Below are positions 25,008 through 33,046 of a stretch of 64,000 bases of DNA, in pieces. This DNA comes from an uncultured Alphaproteobacteria bacterium (lineage in GTDB: Bacteria; Pseudomonadota; Alphaproteobacteria; UBA3830; CAYLKK01), in the NCBI GenBank assembly GCA_964566185.1, contig CAZMHS010000002.1, forward strand, positions 39,228 through 103,227. The letters are read 5' to 3'. The position numbers and the translations under genes are program-made. Position 1 is the first letter of the stretch. Each line of letters starts with the position of its first letter. Under the pieces are notes generated by a model, which was given only the letters and a program-made list of their open reading frames with translations, was not told the origin of the DNA and did no database searches.

Positions 25008-26015
25008 CTATTTAATACTATCATCTGTAACGTTACAGTTCTTCTCCAACGGATGAGTTTTTTGATATATCTGCAACAATGATTCATTGTTAATCTGTGT
25101 ATAAATCTGCGTACTATTAAGCGATGAGTGTCCGAGTAATTCTTGAACATATCGTATATCAACACCTGATTGTATCAAGTGACTTGCAAAGCTATGTCTG
25201 AGAGCATGTGGAGTACAATATTCTGGCCATATATTTTCTTTACGTAAACGACGTAATTTATGTTCAACGGTTGTAGCTAACAAACGTTTTCCACGTTCCC
25301 CCCAAAATAAATAGCATTCAGTATCATCCTTATCTATAAAAGGACAGAAACTTATATACTTAGTTATTGCGGTATATACGTTATCCAATAAAGGCGTCAA
25401 CCTATACTTTCGTCCTTTTCCCAAAATAGTAAGAAATTCACCTATGTTTTTTAGCTTAAGATCTAAAGCCTCTTGAATGCGCAATCCTGCTCCATATAAT
25501 AACGAGTACAGGGCCTTATCTCGCATTGTTACCCAAGGCTGTTCATTTTTTTTATATGAATCAGCATCTAAAATTTCCATAATAATACTGAAATTGATAG
25601 GGTGGGGGAGTAGCTGCTGCAACTTAGGTAAGTTTAACAAGTCTATATTTTTTATACATATATCATTTTCTTTTCCAACAAATTTCAATAACGATTTTAC
25701 TGCCGATATTGATCTAGCATTCGAACGATAAGACCGTCCGTTATCTATCATAGTAGACAACCACAGTCTATAATCTGACGTTAGCAATGCTTCAACGTCA
25801 TTTACGGATAAAGGCCTGTTTTTCCCAAAGAATTGTAAAAAACTACGCACGTCAAGCAAGTAAGCCTTTAATGTGTTTTCAGAATATCTCTTTTGGAAAC
25901 GAAGAGAAGCATACCAACGACAAACATAATCATAAAACTCGCGAGTTACGTACGCGGCTAGCTCTGTTAATATGCTATCTTCTTTGTTTTGTTTACTACA
26001 GCTTTCCAGCGTCAC
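25008..26015 (-). CDS. Tyrosine recombinase XerC/XerD family
   Basis: 335 aa. Catalytic motifs AGLRIQEAL, HALRHSFASH and LLGHSSLNSTQIYTQ. No phage or IS context, so it is probably the chromosome dimer resolvase. Confidence 0.9.
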   Translation of the reverse strand: MTLESCSKQNKEDSILTELAAYVTREFYDYVCRWYASLRFQKRYSENTLKAYLLDVRSFLQFFGKNRPLSVNDVEALLTSDYRLWLSTMIDNGRSYRSNARSISAVKSLLKFVGKENDICIKNIDLLNLPKLQQLLPHPINFSIIMEILDADSYKKNEQPWVTMRDKALYSLLYGAGLRIQEALDLKLKNIGEFLTILGKGRKYRLTPLLDNVYTAITKYISFCPFIDKDDTECYLFWGERGKRLLATTVEHKLRRLRKENIWPEYCTPHALRHSFASHLIQSGVDIRYVQELLGHSSLNSTQIYTQINNESLLQIYQKTHPLEKNCNVTDDSIK

Positions 26016-26655
26016 GCAAAAACTTCTCTAACCCAACATCAGTTAATGGATGCTTCAACATCATTTCAAGTATTTTTGGTGGAATAGTAACTACGTCAGC
26101 TCCAATTTTAGCTGCTTCAACAACATGTGATACTGAACGCACAGACGCAACGATAATTTTTGTGTCAAAATAATTATAGTATATGTCTCGAATATCCTCA
26201 ATTAATCGCAATCCGATATCGCCAATATCATCTAACCTTCCGACAAAAGGCGATACGTATGTTGCACCGCATTTCGCAGCGAGAATAGCCTGAGCGGCAG
26301 AAAAACATAGCGTCATATTAACAGGTATACCGTCAGCAGATAGATCTTTACAAGCGTTCAATCCATCTTTCGTGATAGGAAGCTTGATTACAATATTATC
26401 GCTAAGCTTTCTGTAGCTCATTGCTTCGGACATCATCTCTTCATACCGCGTTGCAATGACCTCTAAACTTAGTGGGCCGCTTTTGTACTTTAGTATTTCT
26501 TTTGCTACATCACATACGCTCCTATCTTCTTTTGCTACCAATGACGGATTCGTCGTTACTCCATCAATGAATGCAGCTAGTTCTTTCACATCATCAGCAT
26601 TCGCTGTATCAAGAAAAATCTCCATATCCTTTACTCCATTCGTAATTACAAACAA
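25996..26655 (-). CDS. tal: Transaldolase / fructose-6-phosphate aldolase (short type 3B)
   Basis: Motifs FLDTAN, TTNPS and a Schiff-base Lys region (IVIKLPIT). The likely true start is the internal ATG at 26625 (MEIFLDTAN). Confidence 0.9.
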   Translation of the reverse strand: MFVITNGVKDMEIFLDTANADDVKELAAFIDGVTTNPSLVAKEDRSVCDVAKEILKYKSGPLSLEVIATRYEEMMSEAMSYRKLSDNIVIKLPITKDGLNACKDLSADGIPVNMTLCFSAAQAILAAKCGATYVSPFVGRLDDIGDIGLRLIEDIRDIYYNYFDTKIIVASVRSVSHVVEAAKIGADVVTIPPKILEMMLKHPLTDVGLEKFLRDAGKL

Positions 26656-26703
26656 AATATTAACAGAAAAATATTAACAAATAGCTAACGTTTTGCCCAT
26701 ATT

Positions 26704-27696
26704 CTAAAAATAATTAATTTTTACTGCCTGTTTTATTTCTTTCATCGTTTCTTTCGCAATTTTTCTAGCTTTTTCTGTTCCATGACAGATTATTTCTTTT
26801 ATATCTTTCTGACACACAGCCAAACGTTGTTCTCTGATTGGAGTAATAAGTTTTTGTAAAGTATCATTCAATAGTGTTTTCAATTTGACATCACCCAACC
26901 CGCCTTTTGTATATTGTCGTTTCAACGATTCTACTTCATCTTTATCTTCGTAAAATGCATCAAGATACGCAAATACAACATTTCCTTCTACTCTACCAGG
27001 ATCGCGAACATTAACATGCCCAGGATCAGTATACATGGAAAACACCTTTTCCTTTATTTCTTCTTGAGAATCAGATAAAAAAATCGCATTATTCAATGAT
27101 TTCGATGCCTTAGCCTTGCCGTCAATTCCAACCAGCCTTGGCGTATTACTAAGCAAAATTCGAGTTTCCTTCAAACAGTCTGTATTGTATATCCTATTAA
27201 ATTTTCGCACCAACTCATTTGTTTGTTCTATCATAGGCGATTGGTCATCTCCAGCAGGAACTAACTCAGCTTTAAATAGCGTTATGTCAGCAGCCTGACT
27301 AACAGGATAGCACAAAAATCCAGCTGGAATTGACGAGTCGAATCCCCTTAGTATTATTTCTGATTTTATCGTTGGGTTACGCTCTAGCCTTGACGTTGTT
27401 ACAAGATTGAGGAACAACATCGTCAACTCTGCCAATTCCTGAATTTGAGACTGAATAAATATCGTATTTTTTTCAGGCATTATACCAACGCCTATGTAAT
27501 CTCTAACTACTTCCTCAACACTATTAGCAACGTGTTCTGGACGTTCGAAATAATCCGTCAGTGCTTGCATATCAGCAATCATTATAAATTGCTCATACTG
27601 TTCCTGTAATTCGGTCCTACTGCGTAGTGAACCAATGTAATGACCTAGATGCAACTTTCCAGTCGGACGATCACCAGTCAATATAACTTCTCGCAT
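26704..27696 (-). CDS. trpS: Tryptophan--tRNA ligase
   Basis: 330 aa. Class I HIGH motif (KLHLGHY) and KMSKS-type motif (KASKS). Confidence 0.96.
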   Translation of the reverse strand: MREVILTGDRPTGKLHLGHYIGSLRSRTELQEQYEQFIMIADMQALTDYFERPEHVANSVEEVVRDYIGVGIMPEKNTIFIQSQIQELAELTMLFLNLVTTSRLERNPTIKSEIILRGFDSSIPAGFLCYPVSQAADITLFKAELVPAGDDQSPMIEQTNELVRKFNRIYNTDCLKETRILLSNTPRLVGIDGKAKASKSLNNAIFLSDSQEEIKEKVFSMYTDPGHVNVRDPGRVEGNVVFAYLDAFYEDKDEVESLKRQYTKGGLGDVKLKTLLNDTLQKLITPIREQRLAVCQKDIKEIICHGTEKARKIAKETMKEIKQAVKINYF

Positions 27697-27727
27697 AATA
27701 ACTCCTATTTTCTCGATAAACTAAAGA

Positions 27728-27814
27728 TGGTGCCCCTGGCCGGAATCGAACCAGCACGCCCTTGCAGGCAATAGATTTTGAGTCTATCGCGTCTACCAGT
27801 TCCGCCACAGAGGC
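27728..27814 (-). tRNA. tRNA-Leu (anticodon CAA), type II long variable arm, CCA encoded
   Basis: The reverse complement GCCTCTGTGGCGGAACTGGTAGACGCGATAGACTCAAAATCTATTGCCTGCAAGGGCGTGCTGGTTCGATTCCGGCCAGGGGCACCA folds by hand. It has a 7-bp acceptor stem, anticodon stem ATAGA/TCTAT with loop CTCAAAA, a 15-nt variable arm, and T arm GCTGG-TTCGATT-CCGGC. Confidence 0.93.
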
Positions 27815-27825
27815 TCAATTCAAAT

Positions 27826-27902
<77 letters not shown>

Positions 27903-28038
27903 ACAACCGAACTACGAGTATGGTACCACGCTAATTTTATTACGTCAAGCATTTTTTTATGGTCACATGAGATAAAATGCTTCGTTTACAAACGTAATTA
28001 TGTTACAGTAGCACGTTATATGTAGAAATGAGGAAAAA

Positions 28039-28836
28039 GTGAAGTCATCAGCGTTAGCGGCTATACAGCGAACATTTCCGTGCGAATTAGATTTTCTAAA
28101 CAGTATCCCACTGAATAGCATTGTTACCTGCTATGAAAGCGAAGCTGCTGCTTGTGATTCGCCGGTTATAATTCGATTGGCAGGACAGTCAGGTAGTGGA
28201 AAATCATCGCAACTTTTGCCTGCTGTTTCAGATTCATTATCTACGACGAGTTTTATGCATATAACTGTTGGTAAATTTGCGAAATTTCACCCAAAATATC
28301 AGGATTTTTTAGAGCATACGCCACAAAATGTAAGAGAATTAACTAACGGATTTGCATTAAGATCATTGCTGTATTTTTTGGAACATTGCATAAAAAAACG
28401 AATGAATATCGTTTTGGATTTAACATTTTTAGATCCTGATTTTGAAATATACATTTTTTCATTAGCTAAAGAATACGGCTATAGATGTGTAACCAACGTA
28501 ATATGCATGCCGAAACGTCTTTCTGATAGTTTTATTTCAAAACGCGCCGAAGAAACAGGTCGGCTAGTGTCAAAGAAAACAGCTTGGTATCATTTTTCAA
28601 TATTGCCAGTTGCATTAAAAGCTATAATAAAATCTAATATTTTTGATGAAAAAGACCGTTTGATACTGTGGAGCAACACATGTTTAGAGCCAGTGTACGT
28701 ATCAAAACACAATGATTCACATTGCATGAATGTGCTGAATAGATGTCGAGCATCAAGTAACATGAACTTCTACGATTTAGACGCAGTGAAAAAAGCAAAA
28801 ACTGCGTGGTTAAAGGCTTTTTTTAAGGCGGAATAA
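28039..28836 (+). CDS. P-loop kinase, zeta-toxin/UNAG-kinase-like family
   Basis: 265 aa with a GTG start. Walker A LAGQSGSGKSS, followed by VGKFAKFHPKYQDFLEH...NIVLDLTF. This resembles the zeta-toxin layout (GxxGSGK[ST] ... D.fr..HP ... hydrophobic strand ending in T). Confidence 0.6.
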   Translation: MKSSALAAIQRTFPCELDFLNSIPLNSIVTCYESEAAACDSPVIIRLAGQSGSGKSSQLLPAVSDSLSTTSFMHITVGKFAKFHPKYQDFLEHTPQNVRELTNGFALRSLLYFLEHCIKKRMNIVLDLTFLDPDFEIYIFSLAKEYGYRCVTNVICMPKRLSDSFISKRAEETGRLVSKKTAWYHFSILPVALKAIIKSNIFDEKDRLILWSNTCLEPVYVSKHNDSHCMNVLNRCRASSNMNFYDLDAVKKAKTAWLKAFFKAE

Positions 28837-28837
28837 T

Positions 28838-29746
28838 ATGTATAAGTTTTTCGATTCAGATGAGAATGAGTTACGCAATATTATTAAAACGTCAATCCAG
28901 AGGATGAGGCAAGAAGCCATCACTATTAGCTGTATAAAAACTGGGTGGACTAACGTTGTGTTTGATGTGCAGTGCTACAACTGCGAATATATCTTTCGCT
29001 TTCCTAGAACTTCGTTTTTCGCTAAAGAGATGATTCGTGATTGTACCATGTGTAACTTAATACATGGCAAATTACCAATGCAGACACCGAACATACGTCT
29101 TGAGTTTGACAATGGCAGGCCTTTTTCGATACACAAAAAGATCCTAGGCACAGCGCTCAGTGATTTCGATTATAATATGATTTCCGACGAAAATTTACGC
29201 AATATAGCGGATTCTTGTGGACATTTTCTAGCAAAATTACACGAGCTGCCTACAGGACTTTTGCCTGCTGATTATCAAATTACTTTGAACGACTATCTGC
29301 TTAAACTAGCAGAAGTACACAACGGAGACTATATGTCATCACTTCATCAAGGATTACAAGAAATTGAGGAATCATGTAGCGATATGTGTATTGTACACGG
29401 AGATTTTCACCCTGGAAATATACTTATAGATGCAGACATGAATGTTGCTGCAGTTATTGACTTTTCGTTCTCGTCGCTGTCTGACCGAAGCTCAGATATT
29501 GGTAGATTCCTTAGCAGAACTAATCACATATTTAGCAATTTGCTAATTGAGTCTTACAATAAATACTCTAGAATTAAGTGCAATAAAGAATATGTAAATA
29601 CCATTGCAGATATATTTAAATATGTTGATTGTAAATATATAAATTATATGCATAAAAGTCATCCTTCTGTTGCTATATCTGATGCAGTGCTAGATCATGC
29701 TAATAGTTTTTTAAATTGTATAAATTTGAAAACAGCTTGTAATTAG
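28838..29746 (+). CDS. Phosphotransferase of the APH/choline-kinase (eukaryotic-like kinase) fold
   Basis: 302 aa. Catalytic loop IVHGDFHPGNILID, metal-binding VIDFSFSSLSD, and SSDIGRF. It starts 2 nt after the preceding kinase gene. Confidence 0.75.
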   Translation: MYKFFDSDENELRNIIKTSIQRMRQEAITISCIKTGWTNVVFDVQCYNCEYIFRFPRTSFFAKEMIRDCTMCNLIHGKLPMQTPNIRLEFDNGRPFSIHKKILGTALSDFDYNMISDENLRNIADSCGHFLAKLHELPTGLLPADYQITLNDYLLKLAEVHNGDYMSSLHQGLQEIEESCSDMCIVHGDFHPGNILIDADMNVAAVIDFSFSSLSDRSSDIGRFLSRTNHIFSNLLIESYNKYSRIKCNKEYVNTIADIFKYVDCKYINYMHKSHPSVAISDAVLDHANSFLNCINLKTACN

Positions 29747-29810
29747 AATACAGTTGTTAGATAATGAGTTTGATTGTTATACATGTTATACATTTCTTTG
29801 GGGTATTGAT

Positions 29811-30698
29811 GTGAAGGGAATTTTATTAGCTGGCGGAACTGGAAGTAGGTTGTATCCTTTAACTAGCGTTGTATCTAAACAGTTGCTACCTGTGTATGAT
29901 AAACCGATGATATATTACCCGTTATCAACACTAATGATGTTTGGAATAAAAGACATACTAATAATATCTACGCCAAATGACACACCAAATATCGAACATT
30001 TTCTGCGAAATGGAGAACATGTTGGGCTGAACTTGCAGTATGCTGTGCAAGAAAAACCTAACGGCATAGCACAAGCGTTTGTCATCGGAGATGACTTTAT
30101 AGGTAATGATGATGTTTGTTTGGTCCTTGGTGATAATATCTTTCACATGGGTGATCAATTTCATAAATTTAAAGAAATTGTGAAAAAAAACCAAGGCAAG
30201 AGCGCTACGATTTTTGCTTATCATGTTTCTGATCCAGAACGTTTTGGAGTAGTAGAGTTCGATGAGAATTTGAATGCGTTATCTATCGAGGAAAAACCTG
30301 CATTGCCGAAATCTAACTATGTTTCTGTTGGTTTGTACTTTTATCCACCAGACGTCATTACAAAAGCGAAGGAACTAAGGCCTTCTTATCGCGGAGAATT
30401 AGAAATTACGGATTTAAATAACGCATATCTAAATGAAAATCGTCTATCTGTGGTTCCGATGGGACGCGGAAATGCATGGCTAGATGCAGGAACACCGGAT
30501 AGCTTAATGGATTCTGGCGCGTTTGTTCAAATTATAGAAAAACGCCAGGGGCAAAAAATAGCCTGTATTGAAGAAATCGCATACAGAAATGGATACATAG
30601 ACAGGTCACAAATGGAAAAAATAATAGCAGCTTTAAAACCTGGTATGTATAAAACATATTTAGAGAAAATAATCAGTGAAGATCATGAAATTTTTTAA
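29811..30698 (+). CDS. rmlA: Glucose-1-phosphate thymidylyltransferase
   Basis: VKGILLAGGTGSRLYPLT... G-rich loop, and RmlA-like throughout. I prefer the GTG at 29811 to the upstream TTG used by the ORF track (29754). Confidence 0.95.
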   Translation: MKGILLAGGTGSRLYPLTSVVSKQLLPVYDKPMIYYPLSTLMMFGIKDILIISTPNDTPNIEHFLRNGEHVGLNLQYAVQEKPNGIAQAFVIGDDFIGNDDVCLVLGDNIFHMGDQFHKFKEIVKKNQGKSATIFAYHVSDPERFGVVEFDENLNALSIEEKPALPKSNYVSVGLYFYPPDVITKAKELRPSYRGELEITDLNNAYLNENRLSVVPMGRGNAWLDAGTPDSLMDSGAFVQIIEKRQGQKIACIEEIAYRNGYIDRSQMEKIIAALKPGMYKTYLEKIISEDHEIF

Positions 30699-31224
30699 GA
30701 CTGATATTGATGGCGTTGTGATTATTGAACCTAACGTTTTTACTGATGCTAGGGGGTATTTTTTTGAAAGCTATAACGAAAAAGAATTTTTTGAAAATGG
30801 TATTACAAACCGTTTTATTCAGGATAATCAGTCAGAATCTTGTTATGGCGTAATTCGCGGTCTTCACTGCCAAAGAGGAAGTTATGCGCAAGCCAAACTC
30901 GTTCGAGTTTTATACGGCAAAGTTCTTGACGTTGCTGTGGATATTCGACCAGGTTCTAGTACTTTCGGTAAGCATGTTTCTGTCGAGCTATCAGACATAA
31001 ACAAACGACAGCTATTTATACCGAAAGGTTTTTTGCATGGTTTTTCCGTTCTAAGTAAAAATGCAGTTTTCATGTATAAGGTAGATGCATTGTACTGTAA
31101 AGAGAGTGAATATGGCGTTAGATTTGACGATCCGGATATCGGGGTAGATTGGAAGATACCATCTGCTGATATAACAGTTGCAGACAAGGACAAGATGGCT
31201 AGGAGTTTTCGTGAATGCTTTTGA
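30685..31224 (+). CDS. rmlC: dTDP-4-dehydrorhamnose 3,5-epimerase
   Basis: Cupin epimerase with motifs FTDARGYFFESY, RGLHCQ and GFLHGF. I prefer the ATG at 30685 (MKFFKTDIDGVVIIEP). Confidence 0.93.
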   Translation: MKFFKTDIDGVVIIEPNVFTDARGYFFESYNEKEFFENGITNRFIQDNQSESCYGVIRGLHCQRGSYAQAKLVRVLYGKVLDVAVDIRPGSSTFGKHVSVELSDINKRQLFIPKGFLHGFSVLSKNAVFMYKVDALYCKESEYGVRFDDPDIGVDWKIPSADITVADKDKMARSFRECF

Positions 31225-32036
31225 TAACTGGTGGTAACGGACAGCTTGCGAGTGCATTAAAACCTTTTTTAAAAGATGCTTTGTTTGCAGACAGAAAAGC
31301 TCTTGACATTACTGATGAAAAGATGTTAGGTTATTATATAGTTCCGAATCGTATAGATACCATAATAAATTGTGCAGCATATACGTCAGTTGATGGAGCT
31401 GAAGAAGACGGACAACGTGCATTTGACGTAAATGTTGTTGGGGCTAGGAATGTAGCACGAAGTGGATGTCGAGTAATTCATATTTCTACAGATTACGTGT
31501 TCGATGGTAGTAAAAACACGCCGTATTTAACGACAGATGTAGCAAATCCATTATCTGTATACGGAAAGACCAAGTTGCTTGGAGAAAAGGAGATTGAAGA
31601 AAATGCGGATGTTTACGCGATAATACGAACGTCGTGGTTATATTCCGCGAAAGGACGGAATTTTTTTACAACGATGAGAAACCTAGGGCAGAGTAAGGCG
31701 GAGGTTAATGTAGTTTGTGACCAAATCGGCACACCTACGTATGCGGTTGATTTAGCTAGTGCCATTGTTCAGGTTACAAAATATCTTGATAAAAGAAATA
31801 CTGGGATATACCATTTTTCTAATGAAGGCGTATGCTCATGGTATGATTTTGCCTTTCAAATTATGGAAATGAACGGCTATTCTTGTGCCGTAAATCCAAT
31901 ATATAGCGTCGATTATCCGACTAAAGCAACAAGGCCAGCCTATTCTGTACTTGATAAGACGAAGATAAAAGACGTATTTAATGTAAAAACTAGACATTGG
32001 CAGAGAGGAGTAGAAGAATGCACAAGGTCATCTTAG
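31215..32036 (+). CDS. rmlD: dTDP-4-dehydrorhamnose reductase
   Basis: 273 aa. Rossmann start LITGGNGQL and YxxxK (YGKTK). Confidence 0.93.
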   Translation: MLLITGGNGQLASALKPFLKDALFADRKALDITDEKMLGYYIVPNRIDTIINCAAYTSVDGAEEDGQRAFDVNVVGARNVARSGCRVIHISTDYVFDGSKNTPYLTTDVANPLSVYGKTKLLGEKEIEENADVYAIIRTSWLYSAKGRNFFTTMRNLGQSKAEVNVVCDQIGTPTYAVDLASAIVQVTKYLDKRNTGIYHFSNEGVCSWYDFAFQIMEMNGYSCAVNPIYSVDYPTKATRPAYSVLDKTKIKDVFNVKTRHWQRGVEECTRSS

Positions 32037-33046
32037 TAACTGGAGGAGCAGGTTTTATCGGTTCGAACTTTGTTACTTATTTTTGTGAAAAGTATCATGA
32101 ATATGACATAGTCAATTTCGATAAATTAACGTATGCAGCAGATTTAAATAACTTGCAAGAATGTGAATCGCTGATGAATTATCACTTCGTTCACGGTGAT
32201 ATTTGCGACTTTGACTTTGTCTTTAATTTTATGCAAGAGAAAAGAGTTACCGATATTATTCATTTTGCAGCCGAAAGCCATGTTGATAATTCGATAAAAA
32301 ACCCTGGTGCATTCATAAATACAAACATAGTTGGAACGTTTAATTTGCTTGAAGCGGCAAGGCAGTGCTGGATGGATTCACCAGGAAATGTAAAAGAAAA
32401 CTATAAGATGAGTAGGTTTCATCATGTTTCTACAGACGAGGTGTTTGGCACGCTTGGTAAAAGAGGCGAGTTCACTGAAGAATCTCCGTATGCACCGAAT
32501 AGCCCGTACGCAGCAAGTAAGGCTAGTTCTGATTTTCTAGTTCGTTCATATTATCGTACCTACGGTTTGAATGTAACTACAAGCCATTGTTCAAATAACT
32601 ATGGACCAAAACAGCATCCTGAAAAATTAATTCCTAATACTATACGCCGAGCTCTTGAAGGTAAGGCAATACCTGTTTATGGAGATGGAATGAATGTCAG
32701 GGATTGGTTATATGTTTCCGATCATTGCGAAGCTATAGACTTGATCTTTCATAATGGAAGATCTGGAGAAACCTACAACATTGGATGTGAGAATGAGATA
32801 ACAAATATCCAACTTGTGAAAACCGTATGCTATATTTTAGATCGAAACTGTCCTAAGGAAAACATGCATTCTTATACAGAGCAAATTACGTTTGTAGAAG
32901 ACAGAGCAGGGCACGATTTCAGATATGCAATCGATGCCTCGAAAATTTGTAAGGAACTCGGATGGTGTTACAATATATATTTTGAAGAGGGTATAGAAAA
33001 AACGGTTGAGTGGTATGTAAGGAGATATCGATGCGAAAAAAACTAA
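32018..33046 (+). CDS. rmlB: dTDP-glucose 4,6-dehydratase
   Basis: MHKVILVTGGAGFIGS and YxxxK (YAASK). The ATG at 32018 is preceded by GAGGAG. Confidence 0.96.
   Translation: MHKVILVTGGAGFIGSNFVTYFCEKYHEYDIVNFDKLTYAADLNNLQECESLMNYHFVHGDICDFDFVFNFMQEKRVTDIIHFAAESHVDNSIKNPGAFINTNIVGTFNLLEAARQCWMDSPGNVKENYKMSRFHHVSTDEVFGTLGKRGEFTEESPYAPNSPYAASKASSDFLVRSYYRTYGLNVTTSHCSNNYGPKQHPEKLIPNTIRRALEGKAIPVYGDGMNVRDWLYVSDHCEAIDLIFHNGRSGETYNIGCENEITNIQLVKTVCYILDRNCPKENMHSYTEQITFVEDRAGHDFRYAIDASKICKELGWCYNIYFEEGIEKTVEWYVRRYRCEKN

Noticed and set aside
24941-25165. 74-aa minus-strand ORF overlapping the 3' end of the xer gene in another frame
   Set aside because: It is out of frame with and nested in the well-supported recombinase gene, and it has no motifs.
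33010-33030. Upstream start (33010) given by the ORF track for the glycosyltransferase. Similar upstream starts are given for rmlA (29754), rmlB (31997), rmlC (30676), lptB (37077), gltX (58431) and the LptC-like gene (36068).
   Set aside because: Downstream starts align with the conserved N-termini of the families and/or follow Shine-Dalgarno-like AGGAG/GAGGAG sequences. The extensions add non-conserved residues inside the preceding gene.
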